Shown here: positions 23,864 through 35,524 of the stretch, one piece after another
Layout: each line of letters starts with the position of its first letter
How positions within the stretch are numbered: position 1 is the stretch's first letter
Origin: Scenedesmus sp. PABB004
Lineage: Eukaryota
Length of the DNA: 64,000 nucleotides
Assembly: GCA_014905635.1 (NCBI GenBank)
Contig: JABVCE010000007.1
Location: 930,001-994,000, forward strand
Direction of reading: 5' to 3'
Notes under the pieces: generated by a model
Seen by the model: only the letters and a program-made list of their open reading frames with translations
What the model was told of the DNA's origin: nothing
Database searches by the model: none
Program-made: the position numbers and the translations under genes

Positions 23864-24384
23864 GCGTGGTGTCGTCGGGCCTGCTGGCCCAGCATGGGAT
23901 CTCCGGCGTGCTCCCGCCGGGCTACAAACTCTCTTCTGCGGGCCCGCTCAACCCCGGCGGCGAGCCCGCGAGCCGCGAGCTGCTCGTCGCGGCGCAGCTG
24001 CAGCAGAAGCGCGACGCGGGTGCGCGCCAGCCCGCCCGCCCGCGCGCGTGGCTCGGCAGCGCGCCGCGCCCTTCACTGCCGCCCTAGCCTAACGTCGCCA
24101 CCGCCACAGGCTACGCGCGCGTGGAGGCGGCGGCGGCGCGCCGGGGCAGCACGCTGCAGCGGCATACGCTGACCGACTACGAGGTGCGCGAGCTGCGCGC
24201 CATCAAGTCCAAGATCGACGGCAAGACCACGATCAAGCGCTGGGCCTGGCTGCTGGTCTCGCGCGACGGCAAGAAGACGCCGCTCAACATGCCGAAGGTC
24301 AGCGAGCAGAAGCGCGCGGGCTACTTCAAGAGCCAGTTCCAGAGCTACGACAAGCGCGTCAAGCAGGCGCAGGCGGGGTGCTGA
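23864..24384 (+). CDS. Hypothetical basic protein, two exons; start unclear (possible ATG at 23671, or 5'-truncated)
   Basis: Codon-biased exons VVSSGLLAQHG...QQKRDA|GYARVE...KRVKQAQAGC*, intron 24020-24109. Confidence 0.55.
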
Positions 24385-24390
24385 GTTAAC

Positions 24391-24665
24391 TTCCCGCGGG
24401 CTCTGCCACATGAACAAGCACGTGCGCAAGTGAGTGGTAGATACTCGCGCGGCCGCGGCGCGGGCGGTGGTGCCGGGCGGGCGTGCTGCGCGCGGGCGCG
24501 GCTGGCCAGCCTGGCGCCGAGGCGCGCCGGCCGCCCGCGCGCGCCCTCTGCCGCAGGTGCCTGGCCGAGGAGAAGCAGGTGTACACCAGCGACTGCGGGC
24601 GCTTCATCCACGGCAAGGGCTCGGCGGCGCCGGCGGCGGGCGGCGGCGACGACGGCGAGAGCTGA
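24391..24665 (+). pseudogene. Duplicated last two exons of the ACL5-type thermospermine synthase
   Basis: [41 protein letters not shown], near-identical to the reverse complement of 53036-53309; no upstream exons. Confidence 0.9.
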
Positions 24666-24885
24666 GCGGTCGCGTGTTTGCGCGGCGGCGCGCGCGTGAC
24701 CTCTGGGGCTGCTCCTGTGACGCCGCCTCCACCGCCACTGCCCCACCGCGCTCCCGCACGGCCCCCAGCCCCGCGCAGCGCCCCAACCACGCGCCAGGGG
24801 CAGGGCCATCGCGCTGCGCACTCAGCGCCGCGCCCCTCGCGCCGCGCCGCGCGGCCTCGCGCCCAGTTCGGCCGCGCAGCGCGCC

Positions 24886-26913
24886 ATGCAGCTGACGGGC
24901 GTGCTGCCGGGCCTGGGCGCGCCTCCCGCTGGGCGCGCGGCGCGGGGCGGGCGGGCGTTTCACGCCGGCCGCCCGCACCTAGGCGCGGCCGCGGCGCGGC
25001 GCTGCGGCCTGCCGGCGCGCCACCGGGGCCGCCTGGCGCCGGTGTCGGCGGCGTCGGTGGCGTCGCAGCCCGCCGCGGGCGCGGTGGCGCGCCCGCCCGC
25101 GCCCACCGTGGCCCACCTGAGCCTCACGGCGCCCCAGGAGGCGCACTTTGAGGAGGGCACGACCGTGTTTGCCGAGGAGTTTCGCATCCGCGGCAACGAG
25201 GCGGGGCCCGACCAGCGGGCCAACATCATCACCATCGCCAACCTGCTGCAGGCGCGCCCCCGCGCCCCGCGCCGCCCCGCCGCGGCGCGCAGCGGCTCGC
25301 CCTCACCCGCGCGCGTCTCTCGCCGCCGGCGCAGGAGGTGGGCGGCAACCACGGCGTCGCGATGTGGGGCCGGGCGAGCAGCGGCTTTGCTGCCATGCCG
25401 GGCATGGACCACCTCATCTTCGTGGCCACGCGCATGCAGATCCGCATGGAGGCCTACCCCAACTGGTGGGCGGCCCGCGCCGCCGCCCAGCGTCACCAGC
25501 AGCGCGCGCGCAGCAGCGCGCGCTGCGCGCCGCGCGCGGGCGACCGGCGGCCGCGCCTGCGGCAGGGGCAGCGCGCCGCGCGCCGCCGCCGGGCCCCCTG
25601 CGCGCCGCGCGCCGCCCACGCGCGCGCCGCCGCCACCGCCGCGCCCAGGGGCGACATCGTGCGGCTGGAGACCTACTTTGCGGAGGACGGCCGCCTCGCG
25701 ACGCGGCGCGACTGGCGCATCTCCAACGCGGTCACGGGCCAGCACCTCGGCGCCGCCACCAGGTGCGGCGGCGGCAGAGCGAGCAGCGTCAGCGGCGGCG
25801 GCGGCGGCGGCGGCGGCGGGGCGGGGGCGGCAGTGCCAGCCGGGGCGGCAGCGGCGGCGGCGGCGGCAGCAGCAGCAGCAGCAGCAGCGGCAGCTGTGCG
25901 CGCGCACGCGCGGGCCGCGGGCGCGCGCCGGCGCCCCAGCGCGCGCGCCCGACGCGCGCCCGCGCCCGCGCCCGCCGCCGCGCGCGCAGCACGTGGGTGA
26001 CGATCAACGCCGAGACGCGCAAGCTGGCCAAGATCCCAGAGGAGGTCAAGCAGCGATTCCTGCGCCTCGCGCCCGACCCGCCGCGCACCGCCATCCCCAC
26101 GAGCGACACGCGCAAGAAGCTGCCCGAGTTTGTGTGGCCGCCGCAGCTGACGGCGCCGAGCCAGCTCGGGCGGCGCAGCGACATGGACCCCAACGGCCAC
26201 ATTAACAACGTCGCGTACCTCGCCTGGGCGCTGGAGGTCATCCCCGACCACATCTACCACAACTACCAGCTCGCTGAGGTGCGGCGCGCGCTCGCAGGAC
26301 GGCCGCGCGCGCGCTCGCAGGACGGCCGCGTGGGCTCGCAGGACGGCGGCGCGCGTCGCGTGCGCTCGGCCAGCCAGCCGCGCGCGCGCCCGGGCCGCGC
26401 GCCCACCGCGCCGCGCCGCTGCACCTGCGCGCGGCGCAGGTCGAGATGGACTTCAAGGCCGAGTGCACGGCGGGCGACCAGATCGAGTGCTTCGGCATGC
26501 CGCTGACCAACTGCGCGGACGAGAACGGCAGCCAACAGCAGTTCCTGCACCTCCTGCGCAAGGGCGGCTCCGACACCGAGGTCTGGCGCGCGCGCACGAC
26601 GTGGGCCGCGCTGCCGCCGAGCCGGCGGCCCGCCGGCGCGGCCGCGGCGTCGGTGCTCAACGGCACGAGCCTCGCGCCCAACGGCAAGGCGCCGCCCGCG
26701 GCGGCCAACGGCAAGGCGCCGGCCGCCGCGGCGGCCAACGGCAAGGCGCCGCCGTGCGCCAGCGGCAGCGGCAGCGGCAGCAGCAGCAGCGGCGGCGCCG
26801 CCGCGAGCGCCGCGGGCGACGGCGCGACCACGACGACCTGCGCCAAGACGAGCTGCGCCAAGACCACCTGCAGCAACAACAGCGGCCCCGCGCAAAAGAC
26901 GAGCAGCAGATGA
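24886..26913 (+). CDS. FAT1: Plastid acyl-ACP thioesterase
   Basis: FAEEFRIRGNEAGPDQRANI..IANLLQ|EVGGNH, ATRRDW, RRSDMDPNGHINNVAYLAW, DFKAEC. Confidence 0.93.
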
Positions 26914-27581
26914 GGGCAGCGCCGGAGCGCTGCCGCAGGCGCCGCTGCCGCAAGGCGCGGCGCGGGTCGGCGCGCGCGCGCGCGAGGGGGCACACGCCGG
27001 GTTGCCTGGCACGGCCGGCCCCCTCTGCGCTGCGCGCGCGCGTCTGTGCAGATACAAGCCCGCGGCTGCTGCTGCGCGCGGCAGCCGCCGCGCGGCGGCG
27101 GGTGTCAAGCCCGGCGCGCCGCTGTACAGTCGGCCCCCCGGCCGGGCCGCCCATGCATCGGGCGCCCGCGCGCGGTGCGCCCCGCGCACCCACGAGCGCA
27201 AGCCAGCCCGCCGCGGCGGCTTCGCGGCGGCGCGGAGAAGAAAAAAGACACTGTGCGGCAGCGCCCAGCGGCGCTGCGCGCGAGCGCGGCTGAGGGGGTG
27301 GGAGGGGGGTGCTTCGGGCGAGGAGTTGTTTGCGGCGCGCGCGCCCGCCCCCGCGGACCGCGCCCGGGGCGGGGCGCCGCCGCGCACGTGTACCTTTAGT
27401 CAGAGCTCAGAGCGCCCGGCGCGGCGGCGGCGGCGGCCCCGCGCGCCGCCGCGCCTCCCCCCTCTCTTTTGGTAGCGCAGCGCGCCGCGCGGCGCCTTGG
27501 GGCTCCGGCTGGCCAGGCGCACACCGCGTGCGTGCGGCACCGCGCCCGCGCTCGGCGCACACGGAATCAATGGACCCTCGG

Positions 27582-27586
27582 TGTAA
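27582..27586 (+). terminator. TGTAA poly(A) signal downstream of FAT1
   Basis: Chlorophyte UGUAA signal in the 3' region. Confidence 0.45.
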
Positions 27587-27806
27587 CCATTGCCTCTGGC
27601 TCCTTGCCTCGGCCGTCGCTGACTGCCCGGCAGCGGCCGCACCGGCCGCGCGGCGGCGGAGCGGCGGCGCTGGCGCCGGCGCCGGCGGCGGCGCCGGCGT
27701 CGACAGCGCCCACTGCAGCCGCGGGCGGCACGGTGGTGGTGCGCCAGCGCGGCCGCGCAGGGGCGGTCCGGCGGCGCCAGCGGCCTCGGAGGCGGGGCGC
27801 CGGGCC

Positions 27807-27818
27807 AACCCCTAAACC
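27807..27818 (+). promoter_or_regulatory. Telo-box-like motif upstream of RPL15
   Basis: AACCCCTAAACC about 80 nt before the ATG; imperfect match to AAACCCTA. Confidence 0.35.
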
Positions 27819-27895
27819 GCGGCTGCTCATGCTGCCGCGCGCGCACGGCGTCGTTCTCTTTGCCGGCGGCGTCGGGACGAGCGCCACCCGCAGCC

Positions 27896-29581
27896 ATGGG
27901 TGCCTACAAGGTGCGCGCGCCGCGCCCGGCGGCCGTCGCCGCCCGCGCTGGCCTGGGCGCGCCAGGGGCGGCGGGGCGGGTCCCAGGAGGGCGGCGGGGC
28001 GGTGATCGGTCCCGCGGGCGCGCCGGGGCGGCCGGGCCCCGCCCCGCCGCCCGGCGGGCATCGGCGATTGATGGGCCCCCGCCCCGCGCCGCAGTACGTG
28101 GAGGAGCTGTGGCGCAAGAAGCAGAGCGATGTGCTCCGCTTCCTGCTGCGCGTGCGCTGCTGGGAGTACCGCCAGCTGCCCGGCATCGTGCGCCTGAGCC
28201 GGCCGTCGCGCCCGGACAAGGCGCGCCGCATGGGCTACAAGGCCAAGCAGGGCTTCGTGGTCTACCGCGTGCGCGTGCGCCGTGGCGGCCGCAAGAGGCC
28301 GGTGCACAAGGTGCGGCGGCGCGCGGATCGCGGCGGCGCGGCAGCAGCAGCGGCGGCGCCGGCGGCTGCGCCCGCCGGCGCCACCGCGGCGCCGCGGCCG
28401 CGCCCCGCGGCGCGCCCCGCCCCGATCGGCGCCGGGAGGGCGCCCCGGCGCGCGCGGCAGCGGCAGCGGACGCCGCGCAGCCCGCGCGCCGCCCGCGCGC
28501 CGCCCGCGCGCCGCCGCCGACCGCCCGCCGCCGCGCCGCGCCGCGCGCCGCGGCCGCGCCGCGCCGCGCAGGGCCAGGTGTACGGTAAGCCCGTCAACCA
28601 GGGCATCACCCAGCTCAAGCCCAACCGCAACCACCGCTCCATGGCGGAGGAGCGCGTCGGCCGCAAGTGCGGCGGCCTGCGCGTGCTCAACAGCTACTGG
28701 GTCAACCAGGTGCGCGCCGCGCGGACGCAGCGGCGGGGCGCCGAGGCGGCAGCGGCGGGGCGTCGAGGCGGCGGCGGCAGGGCGCCGCGCGGAGGCAGCG
28801 GCGGGCGCCCAGGCGCCGGCGCGCCGGGCGCCGGCGGCGCCGGGCAGCGGTGGCCAAGCCGCGGCGGTGGCGGGGCCAGATTGTGGCGCCGGCAGGCGGC
28901 GCCCGGTGGCGGCAGCGGTGGCGCCCGGCGGCGGGCAGCGGCAGCGCCGGCAGTCGGCGGCAGCGCCGGCGGGCGGCGGCAGAGCAGCGCCAGGCGCCCG
29001 CCGCGCCCGCGCGCGCGCCTGAGCCGCCCGCGCCTGAGCCCGCGCCGCGCCGCGCCGCGCGCGTCCCAGGACTCGACCTACAAGTACTTTGAGGTCGTGA
29101 TGGTGGACCCCATGCACAACGCCGTGCGCAACGTGAGCAGCGCCGCGCCGCGCGGGGGAGCGGGGGCCCACGCCTGTCGGGCGGGCCGCAGCAGCGGCCG
29201 CGGGCGGGGCAGCCGGCGGGAGCAGGCGGGCGGAGCAGAGGGGCAGAGCAGGGGGAAGAGCAGGGCGCGCAGCGGCCGCGCGGGCGGGCGGGCGCAGCGG
29301 CGGCGCGCTCCGCAGCGCCGCAGCGCGCGCGCGCACGCACGCCGGCCCACCCCGCCCGCGCGTCCCGCCCCGCCCGGCCCGCCTCGGCGCCCGCGCAGGA
29401 CGCGCGCGCCAACTGGATCTGCAACCCCGTGCACAAGCACCGCGAGCTGCGCGGCCTCACGAGCGCGGGCAAGAAGTACCGCGGCCTGCGCGGCAAGGGC
29501 CACAACTACCACAAGGCGCACCCCAGCGTGCGCGCGACCTACCGCAAGAACCAGGCGCCGTCGCTCCGCCGCTACCGCTGA
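27896..29581 (+). CDS. RPL15: 60S ribosomal protein L15
   Basis: [32 protein letters not shown]...[19 protein letters not shown]...[13 protein letters not shown]...LRRYR*. Confidence 0.97.
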
Positions 29582-29706
29582 GCGGCCGGGCGCGCGGGGG
29601 CGCCGGGCGCGCCGCGCGCCGGCGCCGCGGCGGCGCCGGCCGGCGCGGCCGTCGCCGCGCTGGCGCTGCTGCTCGCCGGCGCGGGGGGCGCGGGGGGCGC
29701 TGCTGC

Positions 29707-29711
29707 TGTAA
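29707..29711 (+). terminator. TGTAA poly(A) signal of RPL15
   Basis: UGUAA ~125 nt after the stop. Confidence 0.6.
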
Positions 29712-30153
29712 CGCTGCGACGCCTCGGCGCGGCGAGTGTGCCGTTGCGCGCGGGGCGGCAGCGTCACGGTTGCGACGGCGGCGGCAGGGCCGCCCGGGCG
29801 CGTGGAAGCCCCGCTCCGGCGCGTCGCGGGCAAAAATCAATAATCCGATCACCCACGTCCAGCTCCCGCGCCCGTGCACGCGCCTCGCGGCCTCAGCAGT
29901 CGTTCGGCGCCATGCGGCAGCGCCGAGCGCCGACCGCCGCGTGCATGGCGCTGTGGCTTGCGCTGCTGCTGGTGATGAGCAGCTCAAGTGCGACTGACAG
30001 GCGCTGCGCCGGGCGCTGAGCGCGCCGACGGCGCGAGCGCGAGCTGGGAGCAGCGCCTCCGCGCTGCGCGGCCGGCGGGCGGGGGGACGGGCTGGGCGCG
30101 CGCCCCAGCTCTTTCTGAGTGATCGCGCTGCGCCTCGGATTGCCGCAGGCGCG

Positions 30154-30627
30154 ATGGCGGCGCGCGGCGGCAGCGCCGAGCTCGACGACGACTTCCTGCC
30201 GCGCCTGCTGCTCGAGGCGGGCGAGGCCGCAGACGCCGCCGACGACCCGGGCGCCAGCCCAGGCGGCAGCTACGGCGCCGCCGCCGCGCCGGGCGGCTAC
30301 GGCGGCGCGGGCGCGGGCTCACGCGCTTCGCTCGTCAAGGCGCTGCTCGCGGGGCCCGCAGCGGCAGCCGTGGCGGCCGCGGGCGCCGACGCGGCCGCGA
30401 CCAGCCGCGCTGCGGCGCCGCCGGGCGGTGACGGCCACGCCGCTGCGTTCGCGGTGCTGGGAGTGGTCGCGGTGGGCGCCGCGCTCGGCGGCGTCGCGCT
30501 GCACCGCCGGCAAGCGCGCCACCGCGGCGGCGACGCCGGGAGCGGCCGAGGCAGCGGGAGTGGAGGGGGTGCCAGGTACACGATCTTTGAGGAGGACGAG
30601 GAGGAGGGCCTCGCGCCGCTGCGGTAA
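30154..30627 (+). CDS. Small single-pass membrane protein, unknown
   Basis: Intronless 157-aa ORF with hydrophobic AFAVLGVVAVGAALGGVAL followed by basic residues and an acidic tail YTIFEEDEEE. Confidence 0.6.
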   Translation: MAARGGSAELDDDFLPRLLLEAGEAADAADDPGASPGGSYGAAAAPGGYGGAGAGSRASLVKALLAGPAAAAVAAAGADAAATSRAAAPPGGDGHAAAFAVLGVVAVGAALGGVALHRRQARHRGGDAGSGRGSGSGGGARYTIFEEDEEEGLAPLR

Positions 30628-30812
30628 AACGCTCGCGCCGTCACAATGCGCAGCGAGCGCCGCAGCAGCCCCCGCCCCGCCTCACACTCCCCGCCAGCCT
30701 CCCTCCCCGCTCGACGACCGTCCCGCGCGCACTCGCTGCGGCTCCCGCGCGGCCTGGGGCAGCAGCAGCGGCGGGCAGCGGCGCTGCGTCAGCGCCCGCG
30801 CAGCCTCGCGCC

Positions 30813-32012
30813 ATGGCGCCCGGGGGCGGCCTGCGCTACTTGTCGGGCTTCGGTGCGGGCGCGGAGCGAGGCCGGGGGGTTGCGCCGCGCAGTCTGCGGC
30901 GTCGCGCGGCGCAGCAGCTGCAGCGGAGCAGCGCAGCACGCAGCTGTGGCGCCAGCAAGGCGGCTCGCGCGCGGCTCCTGGCGCAGCGGCGGGGCACCGG
31001 GCGGCGCTCGTTGTCGTCGTCGTCGCGGTGGCGCTTCAAGCTCGCACCGCAAGCGCCGCCGCGACGACGACGGCAACGAGCACAGCCGGCGCGCCGCGCC
31101 GGACCGGACATGCGAGCGCGGCGAGGCCCGCTGACGCGCACCGCGCGCCGCGCGCGCAGGCGCGGAGCACTCGTCGGAGGCGCTCCCCGGCGCGCTACCG
31201 GAGGGCCAGAACAACCCCCGGGTCTGCCCCTACGGCCTGTACGCCGAGCAGATCTCGGGCACCGCGTTCACCGTCCCGCGCAAGTGCGCGCCGCGGCGGG
31301 GGCCGGGCGGCGGCGGGGCCACGGGGCACACGCGGCGCGCTGCCAGCCGGGCGGCCGCGCCCGCGCCCACGCGCACCCGTGCCCACGCGCCGCGCGCGCC
31401 GGCGCAGGGAGCAGCAGCGCAGCTGGCTCTACCGCGTGCGCCCGAGCGTCACGCACGAGCCCTTCCACCCGCTCAACTTCCCCGCGGAGCAGCTGACCGC
31501 CGACTTCAGCCTCGGCGTCGTCACGCCCAACCAGCTGCGCTGGCGGCCGCTGCCGATCCCGGCCGAGCCCGTGGACTTTGTGCGCGGCCTGTTCAGCATG
31601 TGCGGCGCCGGCAGGTGCGCGCGCGTGCGTGCCGCGCCCGCCGCGCGCGCTCGCGTGCCGCCGCGGCCGACCGCCGCTGACGCCGCCGGCACCTCTGCCG
31701 CCTCGCGCGCAGCGCGGAGCAGAAGACCGGCTACGCCATACACATGTGCGCAGCCGCGCGCGCGGCGGCTTGGGCGAGACCCCGCGCCGCGCGGCGGCCC
31801 GGCCCCCGCGCCGCCGACGGAGCGCGCCCGCGCCGGCGCGCCCGCGCGTGCGCGCGGCCCGCAGCTACACGGCCAACACCAGCATGACCGACAGCTGCCT
31901 CGCCGACGCTGACGGCGACATGCTGCTCGTGCCGCAGCAGGGTGCGGCGCGCGCCGCGCGCTGCACCGCCGGCGCGCCTCGCGCGCCCCGCGCCGCGCAC
32001 CGCCGACGTGCC

Positions 32013-32043
<31 letters not shown>

Positions 32044-34094
32044 GCCGGCGCAGGCGGGCTGCTGCTGACGACCGAGTTTGGCAAGCTGGAGGTGTCGCCG
32101 GGGCAGATTGCGGTCGTGCCGCGCGGCGTGCGCTTCGCGGTCGCGCTGCTCGACGGCGCGGCGCGCGGCTACGTGCTCGAGGCGCGGCGCCCGTGCTGGG
32201 GCGCGCGCGCAAGAGGGGGCGCACGACGCGCGAGCGCTCGCGGCACACTCCGGCGCGGCGTGACGCCGCCGCCCCGCCGCCGCCCCGCCCCTCAGGTCTT
32301 CCAGGGCCACTTCACGCTGCCAGACCTCGGGCCGATCGGTGCGCGCCGCGACGCCGCGCGCCCGCGCCCGCTTCCCACCCGCCCGCCACCCGACACACAC
32401 ACACACACACACACACCGCCCTCCACCACCGCCCCGCGCGCCGCGCCGTCGGCGCGCAGGCGCCAACGGCCTGGCCAGCCCGCGCCACTTTGAGTACCCG
32501 GTCGCCTGGTTTGACGCCAGCACCGCCCCCTTCACCGTCATGCACAAGTTTCAGGGCCAGCTCTTTGCCGCCACGCAGGCGCGCGCAGCGCGGGGGCGCC
32601 GGCGCGGCGCGGGAGGCTGGGGGGGGCGTGGCGCTCCCCCCCGCAGCGCGCGCGGCGCGGCCGCAAAATGCCCCCACCCCACCCACACACACACACACGC
32701 ACACGCACGCGCACACACGCGCCCCGCCGCCGCCGCACGCCCGCACGCACGCCCGCGCCCGCGCCCGCGCGCAGAACTTCTCGCCCTTCAACGTCGTCGC
32801 GTGGCACGGCAACTACGCGCCGTACAGGCGCGCCGCCGCCGCCGCCGCGGCCGCCGCCGGGCCGCCCTGGCCCCAGTCCCTCCCGCGCCAGCGGCCGCCG
32901 CCGCCACGCTCACGCCCCGGCCCCGCGCCGCGCGCGCGATGCCGCCGCGCCGAGGCACCGATCTGCGTCGCGCGGCGCGCGGCGCCGCAGGTACGACCTG
33001 GCGCGCTTCTGCCCGGTCAACGCCGTCGCGTTTGACCACCCCGACCCCTCCATCTTCACCGTCCTCACCGTGCCCTCGCCCGTGCCGGGTGCGCAGCCAG
33101 CGCGCGCGCCGCCGCCGCGCACGCTCGCCGGCCCGCGCGCCGCCGCCGCGCCGGCGCCGGCGCCAAGTTTTAACTCAAGCTGGTTTTGAATCGCATCCGC
33201 AGGCGTCGCGGTGGCGGACTTTGTGGTCTTCCCGCCGCGCTGGACGGTCGCGGAGAACACGTTCAGGCGCGCCGCCGCCGCCGCCGCCGCTGCTGCGTGC
33301 TCTCGCGCGCGCGCATGCGCCCCGCGCGGCCGCGCGCGCCCACGGCCCCGCTGCCCTCCGCGCTCGCGCGACGCGCGCCCTCGCGATGCACCGCGTCGCC
33401 CACGCGCAACGCGGCACAGGCCGCCCTACTACCACCGCAACGTGAGCCAGCCGCGGCGCCGCCGCCGCGCGGCCGCCGCCCGGCCGCCCCGCCTGGCCGC
33501 GGCCCCCCCGGCCGCTCTCAACCCTAAACCCTGAACCCCGTCGCCGCCCCCCCTGGGTGCAGGTGATGAACGAGTTCATGGGCCTCATACGGGGGACCTA
33601 CGAGGCAAAGCAGGACGGCTTCCTCCCGGGTGGGTGGCGTTTGTTTGTCTGTCAAACACCCCGCGGGGGCCGGGCGGCGGCCCACGCGGCGCGCGGCTGT
33701 TTTGGTGCTGCTGCGCGATGCGGCGTGACACACACACCCCGCTGCGGGCCCGCCCGCAGGCGGCGCGAGCCTGCACCTGTGCATGACGCCGCACGGCCCC
33801 GACACCGCGACGTACGAGGCCGCGATCGCGGCCGACACGGGCGCGCCGGGGCACGTCGGGCGCGACACGCTGGCGTTTATGTTTGAGACATCGCTCACGC
33901 CCCGCGTCACGCCCGCGGCGCTCGGGTCGCCGTGCATCGACCGCGACTACTACAAGTGCTGGGTCGGCCTCGCGAGCCACTTCCAGCCCGACTGGCAGTC
34001 GCGGAGCTCGCAGCAGCAGCGCGAGGGCCGGGAGCGGGAGCGGGAGCAGCAGCAGCAGCGCGCGGGCGGCGGCGGCGACGCGCAGCCGGGCGAC

Positions 34095-34135
<41 letters not shown>

Positions 34136-34166
34136 CGCGCGGCTGCGCGAGCCGGCGGCGGCGTGA
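30813..34166 (+). CDS. HGD: Homogentisate 1,2-dioxygenase
   Basis: [98 protein letters not shown]. Confidence 0.96.
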
Positions 34167-34895
34167 GCGGGGCGAGTTGTGGGGGCGCGGCGCGGCACTG
34201 CGAGACGTGTGCTGCGCTGCTGTATCATCAGGCGGTGGCGATGTACACCACAGTCGGCGGCGGGTTGGGAGGCGAGCGGCGGGCGAGTGCGTGGAGCGTG
34301 CGGCGGCAACACACGCCACGTAACGCAGCGCGCCGTCCGCGCCCAGGCTGGCGAGCGACCCCGCCCTCCCAGCCGGCAGCAGGGCCACGGGCAGCTGCCG
34401 GCCGCCACAGCAGCCGGCCGGCGGGCAGGTGGCGGGCGGCGGCGCGCGCGACCCGGTCAGCTGCCGCGCTGCACGCCACGACGCCTAGCCGCCCCCGCCA
34501 GCCAGGGCACTGTACGGAGCCTCTTCGAGCTCTCCACAGCACTCTCCAGCCGCGCCCGGGCGCCGGTGCAGCTCGCGGGCGAGCCCGCAGTCGGCGCTGC
34601 TCAAGCTGTAGCCCAGGGCGAGCGCGAATCGGGCTGGCCGCGCGCCGCTAGCACTCCCCGGACTGGGAGAGGCGCATTCCTGGGTGCGCGGGGGCGCGAA
34701 CTGTGTGTGCGCCAGCGGCCAGCGCCGCGGCAGCTCCAGTCGCCGCCGCGCGCGCGTCGCCGCGCCCCGGCAGCCTGCCCCGTGCGCCGGGGAGCTGCTG
34801 AGCAGGGTGCTGCATCCCTGAGCGGGCCGCCCTGCCGACGCGCCGTGCGCCGACGCGCCGCGCGCCGACGCACGCCGCGCGCAGTCCCCGGCCAG

Positions 34896-35327
34896 ATGAC
34901 GTGGGAGGTGCAGCTCAGCCACGGCGTGAAGAAGCAGCTGATCGGCCGGCTGCGCAGCATCAAGGCCAGCGTGTCAGAGCCGCTGCCGGGCCTGCAACGC
35001 AACCCGGCCTCGTACACCGACGCCGTCATCAACGTGCGCATCGCCGCCGAGCACGTGTTCAACGCGCCAGAGCTGTGCAACCGCGCAGCCAGGTTCAAGC
35101 GCCTCTACGCGTGCGTCTGCGCCAACAGCAACTGGGCGCACCACTCGGCCAACAGCACCGACTACAAGCACTACGTCGTGAACGACGCCAACCAGCACCA
35201 GCTCATGGACACGTTTGAAGCGCTGCTGCAGCAGGCCAGCGCGAGCCCACAGCCGCGGTCGCCCAACCTGTTGGTGGCCATAGCCCGGGCCAGCGCGAGG
35301 CAGGCGGCCACGCGGCGCGAGCCGTGA
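34896..35327 (+). CDS. Orphan ~143-aa protein (may have an upstream exon)
   Basis: Codon-biased frame MTWEVQLSHGVKKQLIGRL...SNWAHHS...; two decayed copies nearby. Confidence 0.6.
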   Translation: MTWEVQLSHGVKKQLIGRLRSIKASVSEPLPGLQRNPASYTDAVINVRIAAEHVFNAPELCNRAARFKRLYACVCANSNWAHHSANSTDYKHYVVNDANQHQLMDTFEALLQQASASPQPRSPNLLVAIARASARQAATRREP

Positions 35328-35524
35328 AGCACTGGGGAGCGCGACGGTGTGGGCCGCGACGGCGGCGCGGGTGCGCGCGGCCGCCGCGGCGGCGGCGGCG
35401 GCACGGGGTTCGGCAGCGTGCGGCGGGCGTGCAACGTTGCAACGTCAACGGTCGCGCTGTGTGCCCAGCTTCTCGCACTCGCGCACGCACGTGAGCGACC
35501 TGCCGGCCAGCCAGCCTAGCCGGC

